A stretch of DNA of 64,000 nucleotides from an uncultured Myxococcales bacterium (lineage in GTDB: Bacteria; Myxococcota; UBA4151): contig CAXGWI010000005.1 in NCBI GenBank assembly GCA_964013405.1, forward strand, positions 1 to 64,000, written 5' to 3'. Shown here piece by piece: positions 1-6,109 of this stretch; the stretch's first letter is position 1, and every line of letters begins with the position of its first letter. The position numbers and the translations under genes were made by a program. The notes below the pieces were generated by a model. The model made no database searches. It had not been told where the DNA came from and was given only the letters and a program-made list of their open reading frames with translations.

Positions 1-2
1 CC

Positions 3-998
3 ATCGCCCTTGATGGTGATGGAGATCGCTGGTCTGAGTCCTGCTCAACAGCGACCCATGGCTTAAGTCATTGCAGCACTGAGCGCCCCGCGGAGGAGGG
101 TTGGCAGGGCGGCGAGGCCACGGTGGCGGCGTGGCCCGGGACCTTGGCGGCCCAGGTTCACTGGGGTGAGCGGGCCGGACTCATCGCCTTTCAGCGCCAC
201 GCCAACCGCATCGCATGGTACGATCTGCGCCGGCGCCTGGAGCCCTGCAGCCCCAGCGCTGAGGGGCCCGGCTGCCCCGAGCCGGTCTGCGGCGATGGCG
301 AATTGCAGCGGGAGGAAGTTTGCGAGCCCGGCGCCGGCTGCAGCGATGAGTGCACCCTGGCGGAGTTGCCTGCTGGCGCTCCAGCGGCCGGTTTGGCCAT
401 CCCCTTTGCGCCAGCCACCTTTGCCACCGACCAGGGCGAGGTGCGCTTTCTGCAGGGCATCACCGTGAACCCGATGGTGACCTTGAAGGAAGTCGAGCGG
501 ACAACGGGGAATCAGCACTATGATAATTATGGCACATGGTATCACGATCGTGCCCAGTGCCGCCGCTGGGGTGGCGATTTGCCCAGCGAGCGCCAGTACG
601 AGTGGATCGCCACCGGCGGTGCGGGGCCTTTGGTCCGCCGCTACCCCTGGGGCGACAGCCCCCCCCAGCCGGCGAGCGCCATGTATTTAGGCGCCGATCT
701 GCGCAGCAGCCGAGCGGGCAGCCACTGGTTAGGCACCAGCGTGGAAGGCCTCGCCGACTTGGCGGGGAGCTTTGAGACCAGAGGACACTGGGTGCTCGAC
801 GATAGCGGCAGCGCCCCTTCGGGGATCGCACCCCAGCGGGGGCCCCGGGCCTCGCAGAATTCCGCTCCCCCGAAGAAAGGGGGCTCGAAGACTCTGGGGA
901 TTGATCAACTGCCCTCCGGGGCTCGCTTCACGAGCTTCAACCGCGACACCAGCAACCACGGTGTGGGTCGTTGTGTGTGGTCTGTCGTTTCTCCCTGA
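3..998 (+). CDS. DGR target protein, 5'-partial: Myxococcus Cys-rich repeat plus FGE-sulfatase/C-type lectin-like C-terminal domain carrying the VR
   Basis: Frame is open from base 3, so the gene starts upstream of the window. It has a CGDGELQREEVCEPGAGCSDEC repeat and FGE-like motifs W..C...GGDLPSERQYEW, RRYPWG, GLADLAG, KKGGS and G.GRC. Confidence 0.9.
   Translation: MALDGDGDRWSESCSTATHGLSHCSTERPAEEGWQGGEATVAAWPGTLAAQVHWGERAGLIAFQRHANRIAWYDLRRRLEPCSPSAEGPGCPEPVCGDGELQREEVCEPGAGCSDECTLAELPAGAPAAGLAIPFAPATFATDQGEVRFLQGITVNPMVTLKEVERTTGNQHYDNYGTWYHDRAQCRRWGGDLPSERQYEWIATGGAGPLVRRYPWGDSPPQPASAMYLGADLRSSRAGSHWLGTSVEGLADLAGSFETRGHWVLDDSGSAPSGIAPQRGPRASQNSAPPKKGGSKTLGIDQLPSGARFTSFNRDTSNHGVGRCVWSVVSP
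909..995 (+). repeat. DGR variable region (VR)
   Basis: Matches the reverse complement of 2614-2700 at 77/87 nt and encodes the last 29 residues of the target, LPSGARFTSFNRDTSNHGVGRCVWSVVSP. Confidence 0.97.
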
Positions 999-1008
999 GC
1001 CTTGATGG

Positions 1009-1031
1009 GTCGTCCGCCGGGGGCGGACGAC
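1009..1031 (+). other. GC-rich hairpin/cruciform downstream of VR (DGR target-recognition element)
   Basis: Perfect 10-bp stem GTCGTCCGCC / GGCGGACGAC with a 3-nt GGG loop, 10 nt after the target stop codon. Confidence 0.85.
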
Positions 1032-1045
1032 GCCAAAAAAAAAGC

Positions 1046-2002
1046 TTAGCGGCAGCGCCCAAGGAGCCCCCGGCCTGCCGCCGCTCGGGAGCCCGATTGG
1101 GCCTTCAATTTGCCCCATCGCCGGCGCCGCTTGCTGTTGGCTCGCAGGGGCCGATCTCGCTGCACTAAATAACCAAGAAAGGCGATCGGCTCCGAACTGG
1201 GGCACAAAAAGGTCTTGTTCAAGTTCGGCCGGAGCCGAAGTTTAGCCAATTCCACTTCGATCTCACGATGCAGATTGATGAGGTCCGCTTTCGAACCGCC
1301 AATCAAGAGGTCGTCGACATAGCGAACCCAAGGGAGGCCAGCCGCCTCGATCCGCCGATCAACAGGCATCAGATACAGGTTGCCGAAATGCTGGCTGGTG
1401 AGGTTGCCGACGGGCAGGCCATGGGGCCGAAGGCAGTCAAACAGGCTGTCATCACCAAACCAATGTTGCACTCGCTCGGGGTTGCGACCGTGATCGATGA
1501 TGCAATCCATGACATCGAGATATTGACGATCTTTGATGAGGCGGCGGAGTTGCGCCTTCAGCAGTTCGTGGTCGAGACTACCAAAGTACTTTTTGATGTC
1601 GAGTCGCAACACCCATGGATGGCGCTGAACCAGGCGCCGCGCCCTGCGAAGACCGGCATCCACACCCAGACCCCGGCGATTGGCGACGCAGCCCGATAAA
1701 AGCCTACGCTCAAGTAAAGGCTCGAAAGCGCCACAGAGAATTTGGTGAACCACTCGGTCACGATATGGCGCCGCGCTGATCCAGCGGGGTTTGGGATCGA
1801 GAATGTGAAATTCATAGGGATCACTCGGGCACCAGATACCGGCCGCTAAATCTTCTCGGAGCCGAGCCAGTTCGTCACCCAAGCGGGTATGAAAGCGGAG
1901 CACGCCTTGCTGGTTTCGCTTGCCCCTCCGGGCCCGTTGAGCCGCTTTGAGGAGTTGGGGCCACTCCAAGGCCCACGACAATAAGCCCTGGACTCGCCTC
2001 AT
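1046..2002 (-). CDS. DGR reverse transcriptase (318 aa)
   Basis: RT motifs PKPRWI, YRDRVVH, LRLDIKKYF, GLPVGNLTSQ (the SQ variant typical of DGR RTs), RYVDD and FLGY. ATGA overlap with avd at 1999-2002. Confidence 0.96.
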   Translation of the reverse strand: MRRVQGLLSWALEWPQLLKAAQRARRGKRNQQGVLRFHTRLGDELARLREDLAAGIWCPSDPYEFHILDPKPRWISAAPYRDRVVHQILCGAFEPLLERRLLSGCVANRRGLGVDAGLRRARRLVQRHPWVLRLDIKKYFGSLDHELLKAQLRRLIKDRQYLDVMDCIIDHGRNPERVQHWFGDDSLFDCLRPHGLPVGNLTSQHFGNLYLMPVDRRIEAAGLPWVRYVDDLLIGGSKADLINLHREIEVELAKLRLRPNLNKTFLCPSSEPIAFLGYLVQRDRPLRANSKRRRRWGKLKAQSGSRAAAGRGLLGRCR

Positions 2003-2346
2003 GAACGAGATTGAATCGATCGGCGCCAGCCACCGAGTTGTCGACCGATTTCGGCAATCTCCGTCGCTGCGTAACCGTACTGCCGTTGCGATAATGCCCG
2101 CAGGTCCATGGCCATATGGAGGAGCAAGCGCAGTTCATCCAAGTGCTCATCCGCCTTCGCTAAAGGGCGGTCCAGTCGTTTGGCATGGCGACTGCGAACC
2201 AGGGCCAAACAGAGTTGAGTGCCGGCGGATTGCAGTCGCTCACCCAACTGAAACCGCAAGCAACGGTCGAACTGGACAGCGTGTCGAGTCAGCCAGAGGT
2301 TGAGCTGGTAGCTTCGATCGAGGATGGGAAGGGAAGGGTGCTGCAC
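1999..2346 (-). CDS. avd: DGR accessory variability determinant (Avd, four-helix bundle), about 115 aa
   Basis: LPILDRSYQL..WL, RFQLGERL, LSQRQY and EIGRQLGGW are Avd-like. GTG start at 2346 has AGGAG 7 nt upstream, so the ORF-track start at 2403 is probably too long. Confidence 0.92.
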   Translation of the reverse strand: MQHPSLPILDRSYQLNLWLTRHAVQFDRCLRFQLGERLQSAGTQLCLALVRSRHAKRLDRPLAKADEHLDELRLLLHMAMDLRALSQRQYGYAATEIAEIGRQLGGWRRSIQSRS

Positions 2347-2613
2347 GCGATGACTCCTGGGCGTTAAAAGAGACCGATAACCACAGGCAAATGGCCGAGC
2401 CACTCGCTCTGCTGTAAAACAAAAGACCCCCGGACAAGGGCGCTCGGCCGCGATTGCAGCCTACGAGCCCCGACGTCCGAGGAGACCCGCTAAAGCGAGC
2501 CTGATTTGCTCCGGTGCCGATGGGCACCGAACCTGCGAGAGCGAGCGCTGAACCTCGACTTGGATTCGCCCCACAGCCTTAACCATGGGACCTCGACCGA
2601 CTGTCGAGGGCCT

Positions 2614-2700
2614 GGGAGAAACGACAGACCACACACAACGACCCACACCGTTGTTGTTGTTGTTGCGGTTGTTGTTCGTGTTGCGAGCCCCGGAGGGCAT
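2614..2700 (-). repeat. DGR template repeat (TR), non-coding RNA template
   Basis: Minus strand reads ATG CCC TCC GGG GCT CGC AAC ACG AAC AAC AAC CGC (AAC)x5 GGT GTG GGT CGT TGT GTG TGG TCT GTC GTT TCT CCC. It is an AAC-rich copy of the VR. Confidence 0.97.
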
Positions 2701-2811
2701 ATTGTTTGCGTCCGCACCGCAAGGCGCCTATCGCCGAATCCAAGAGGCGACGCCAATTTTCTGGCTCGACCGCAAATATCCCTTGGTTCCTCGCGACCAC
2801 GGGGAAGAAGC

Positions 2812-4011
2812 CTAAGTCGTGTACTCGCTGTTTAAGGTCACGTAGTTGTGGCCCAGATCGCAGGTCCACAGGCGCCGGCCTTTGTCGCCGTTGTTGAGAT
2901 CGAGGACAAAGCCGTAGCGGCGCTTTTCCATGAGCGCCGAACAGTGAGCCCAATCGGCCGCCACGGGCATGCCCGCTTCGAAGAGCAAGATCGATTCGCC
3001 CTCGGCGGTGAGATGGAGCCGGGCTTTGTCCGGGTCGAACTGGGCTCGGCTGCGGCCCGCCGCCGCCAAAATCCGCCCCCAGTTGGGATCGGCGCCGTGA
3101 AAGGCCGTCTTGCACAACAAGCTGGTGGCCACCGCCCGGGCCGCATCGTCGGCCTGGTCTTTGGTGGCGGCCCCGCTCACTTGGATCTCCACCAAACAGC
3201 GAGCCCCCTCGCCGTCGGCTACCATCTGCTGGGCGACGCTGCGGCAACAGGCGAGCAGCGCCCGCTGAATCTCGGCCAGGGTGTTTTCGCTCAGCGCCTC
3301 GCCCCCATCGGGGCACAGCAGCAGGGCCGTGTCGTTGGTGCTGGTGTCCCCATCCACCACGATGGCATTAAAGCTTTTTCGCACCACCCGGTCCCAGAGA
3401 TCGGCCAGCAACAACTTGGGCAAAGGCGCATCGGTGATGGCAAAAGCCAACATGGTGGCCAGGTTGGGGGCGATCATCCCGGCCCCTTTGCCCACCACCG
3501 TCACCGTGTAGGAACCCACCGTGGCGCTCTGGATTTTGGGGCCTTGATCGGTGGTCATGATGGCCTGGGCAAAAGCCATCAAGCCTTCGTTGCCGTCATT
3601 TAACTGGGAAAAAGCCGCCGGCAGGCCGCCCAACAAAGCCTCGGCGTCGAGGGGGCGACCGATGACCCCGGTGCTCGCCACCTGGATCTCATAGGCCGGA
3701 CAACTTAACTGGCTCGCCACCTGCTGGGCTGTGGCCTCCGCCGCCGCCATCCCCGCCGGGCCCGTGCAGGCATTGGCGTTGCCCGAGTTCACCACCACGG
3801 CCCGGCACCGCTCGCCCGCGCCGTGGGCTCGGCTCAATTGAACCGGCGCAGCCACCACTTGGTTTTGGGTAAAGCGGGCCGCCAAAAGGCCGCTTTTTTC
3901 GGCCACGATGAGCCCTAAATCCAGTTGCCCTTCGCCCTTTAAGCCGCAGTGCACGCCGCTCAGGCGGAAGCCGGGGACAGCCTTCGCCCCCTCGAGCATC
4001 GAGATGGTCAT
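2812..4011 (-). CDS. argJ: Ornithine acetyltransferase / N-acetylglutamate synthase ArgJ
   Basis: NSGNANACTG, KGAGMIAPNLATML (autocleavage site), DGDTSTND, DGEGA, DPNWGRI. Confidence 0.97.
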   Translation of the reverse strand: MTISMLEGAKAVPGFRLSGVHCGLKGEGQLDLGLIVAEKSGLLAARFTQNQVVAAPVQLSRAHGAGERCRAVVVNSGNANACTGPAGMAAAEATAQQVASQLSCPAYEIQVASTGVIGRPLDAEALLGGLPAAFSQLNDGNEGLMAFAQAIMTTDQGPKIQSATVGSYTVTVVGKGAGMIAPNLATMLAFAITDAPLPKLLLADLWDRVVRKSFNAIVVDGDTSTNDTALLLCPDGGEALSENTLAEIQRALLACCRSVAQQMVADGEGARCLVEIQVSGAATKDQADDAARAVATSLLCKTAFHGADPNWGRILAAAGRSRAQFDPDKARLHLTAEGESILLFEAGMPVAADWAHCSALMEKRRYGFVLDLNNGDKGRRLWTCDLGHNYVTLNSEYTT

Positions 4012-4139
4012 GATCCCTCTCCGGCGCCTTCCTAGCCTGCTTCGCTGCGCTGGGAAACCGGTGCTGGCTTTTCGCGGCCATCGGACACTTGCCCGAAAAG
4101 GACCTGCGCCCTTAAAAAGGGCGTGCTACACCACGATGG

Positions 4140-5561
4140 GTGCCAGCCCTGAGGTTTCACGTGCTTGCTTTGTCGCTCCGCCTTGTTTCGGTTTGGGCGC
4201 TGATCGGTCTCAGCGCCGGTTCCGCGTGGGCGAGCCTGTGCTCCAACGACGCCCAATGCAGCCGAGCCTGGGAGCGTTGCCTTTCAGGCCACGGCATCTC
4301 CAGCCAATGCGGCCCCGAGCCCAAGCTGCTGAACTACAAATGGCAACTCATCGGTGAAAGCGGCAGCAACTGTGGCTTTACCGAGACCGTCCGCCTCACC
4401 GGCAATTATGGCGAATGCACCACCGACAGTGATTGCAGCGACGACCGAGTCTGCGCCCAGGGATTTTGCCGCCAAGAACGCTGCGTGGGCCGGGTCAGCT
4501 ATTATGTGGATCCGGCCGGCAGCGATGATTTTTCGTCGGCGGAGCGCAGCAAATCAACCCAAGCGGTGGAAGATGCCATGCGCAGTTGGAAGCTGGTGCC
4601 CTGTACCGTCTGGGACGCAGCCTCCCGAGACGTGCCCGACAACATGACCTGGAGCGCCGCCAACGATGGCCTCAACAAGTTCTTCTTCATGGAGGAGGGC
4701 TTTCGGGGCCTGGGCGGGCCCAGCACCCTGGGCATCACCGTCTCCCACTTCCAAGGGGGCGGCTCCCCCACCAGCGACGCCGACATCGTCTTTAACGGCC
4801 AAGATCACCGCTGGACCAGCCGGGACGCCGGCAGCGGCAGTACGGATATTTTTTCCGTCGCTCTGCACGAGATCGGTCACTTTTTGGGCCTGGGTCACCC
4901 CTGTGAACTGGCCCAAGGGGACTGCTCCGTGGACGCGGTCATGAACCCCACCTGGAGCGGCCAGCCCGAAGTGGGCCCCCGCCCCAGCGATGCTCTGGGC
5001 GTCTGCGAGCTCTATCCCGGCGTTCGCCCCCCGGTGGACGACGGCAGCATGCGCTTGGGCGAGCCCTGCACCACCGATTGCGAATGCGCTTCGGGGATCT
5101 GCCGCTACGGCCAATGCAGCCGTCGCTGCCGCATCGATGACCCCTGCCCCCAGGCCGGCGGCACCAAATGCGTGCTGGCCCGCAACGGGGAAGGCCTGTG
5201 CATGAGCCCGGTCTTCGTGGGCGAAGGCCAAGCCAAATACCCCCTGGGTGCCCAGTGCTCCCCCCGGGAGGAGCACAAGTGTGAAAGCGGTCGATGCACC
5301 TTTGTCGACATCCGTGGAGTTCGCTATGGTCTCTGCACCACCGCGTGCTCCGATGATGCCGACTGTTCCCCAGGTACGGTCTGTCGGGACGGCAGTTGTC
5401 TCTTAGACGACCAGGTGGCTGAGCCCTGCACCTCGGGACCCGATCCCGTGGATCCAGGCGAGGGCTGCTCCTGCCAAGGGAGCGGCTCGGGTCTGGCCTT
5501 ATTGATGATGGGCGGCGCGTTGTTTCTGCGACGACGCCGCGAGAGGAGTTCGTTCCCATGA
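4140..5561 (+). CDS. Matrixin (M10) zinc metalloprotease with Cys-rich repeats and MYXO-CTERM-like anchor
   Basis: Signal peptide, HEIGHFLGLGH, Met-turn AVMNP, and a C-terminal GCSC-hydrophobic-RRRR tail. Start is uncertain. Confidence 0.88.
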   Translation: MPALRFHVLALSLRLVSVWALIGLSAGSAWASLCSNDAQCSRAWERCLSGHGISSQCGPEPKLLNYKWQLIGESGSNCGFTETVRLTGNYGECTTDSDCSDDRVCAQGFCRQERCVGRVSYYVDPAGSDDFSSAERSKSTQAVEDAMRSWKLVPCTVWDAASRDVPDNMTWSAANDGLNKFFFMEEGFRGLGGPSTLGITVSHFQGGGSPTSDADIVFNGQDHRWTSRDAGSGSTDIFSVALHEIGHFLGLGHPCELAQGDCSVDAVMNPTWSGQPEVGPRPSDALGVCELYPGVRPPVDDGSMRLGEPCTTDCECASGICRYGQCSRRCRIDDPCPQAGGTKCVLARNGEGLCMSPVFVGEGQAKYPLGAQCSPREEHKCESGRCTFVDIRGVRYGLCTTACSDDADCSPGTVCRDGSCLLDDQVAEPCTSGPDPVDPGEGCSCQGSGSGLALLMMGGALFLRRRRERSSFP

Positions 5562-6109
5562 GAAGTCTTTTGCTGTTGAGCAGCCTTTGTGTGGCCAGCG
5601 CCGCCCAAGCCACCGTCGTCCTGAAAATGGACCGGGCCGAGATGACCCAGATGAGCGATGACGTGCTGATGGTTCGAGTCGGTGCCCAGCGGGTGGTGGA
5701 AGAACAACCCGGCGCCCTGGTGACCCTGACCGATCTGGAAGTCCTCGAAAGCTTCAAAGGCAAGTACGAGGCCGGCGACACCGTGCTCTTGCAGCAAGCC
5801 GGCGGGGTGAAGGGTGACTGGGTGATGCACATCCCCGGCAAGAACACCTACCGTTTCGGTGAAACTTTGGTGCTCTTTTTAAATCGTCACCGAGACCGGG
5901 TGGTGCCCGTGGGCGTCGGCATCGGCCGCATGGTGGTCGAGGGGGAAGGCGACAGTGCCCTGTTGAAGGAAGAGTACGGTGATGTGGCCTTCGCTGAGCG
6001 TAACCCCAAAGGGAAAATGCGCTTCATGCACGGACCCCCGCCGAGCAAGCCCGTGAAACTCAGCGTCTTTCGCCGCTGGATCAGCAGTCTCTTGGAGGGC
6101 TCGCGCTGA
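5558..6109 (+). CDS. Secreted hypothetical protein resembling the N-terminal domain found on or next to myxobacterial matrixins
   Basis: Signal peptide ending AQA, then the pattern TVV..M...EM...SD...V.V, LKG-like, Q.GG and GE.LVLFL. Overlaps both neighbouring genes. Confidence 0.7.
   Translation: MRSLLLLSSLCVASAAQATVVLKMDRAEMTQMSDDVLMVRVGAQRVVEEQPGALVTLTDLEVLESFKGKYEAGDTVLLQQAGGVKGDWVMHIPGKNTYRFGETLVLFLNRHRDRVVPVGVGIGRMVVEGEGDSALLKEEYGDVAFAERNPKGKMRFMHGPPPSKPVKLSVFRRWISSLLEGSR

Larger units (their letters stand above)
3..2750. mobile_element. Diversity-generating retroelement (DGR): target gene with VR (+) converging on TR-avd-RT cassette (-)
   Basis: DGR-type RT, Avd, an 87-bp TR/VR pair with adenine-only mismatches and a post-VR hairpin all lie within 2.8 kb. 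Outer boundaries are approximate. Confidence 0.97.

Noticed and set aside
1009..1043. Hairpin plus A9 tract as an intrinsic terminator
   Set aside because: On the plus strand the hairpin is followed by As, and on the minus strand the U tract precedes the hairpin. Neither fits a canonical terminator.
1046..2002. RT as group II intron, retron or CRISPR-associated RT
   Set aside because: No maturase or endonuclease domain, no VTG retron motif, no cas genes. The SQ motif, avd and the TR/VR pair indicate a DGR.
2650..2683. (GTT)n microsatellite / contingency repeat
   Set aside because: Explained by the AAC codons of the TR, and it aligns without indels to the VR.
2461..2700. 79-aa poly-Asn ORF (MPSGARNTNNNRNNNNN...)
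   Set aside because: It is the in-frame translation of the DGR template repeat, which functions as RNA. There is no independent evidence for a protein.
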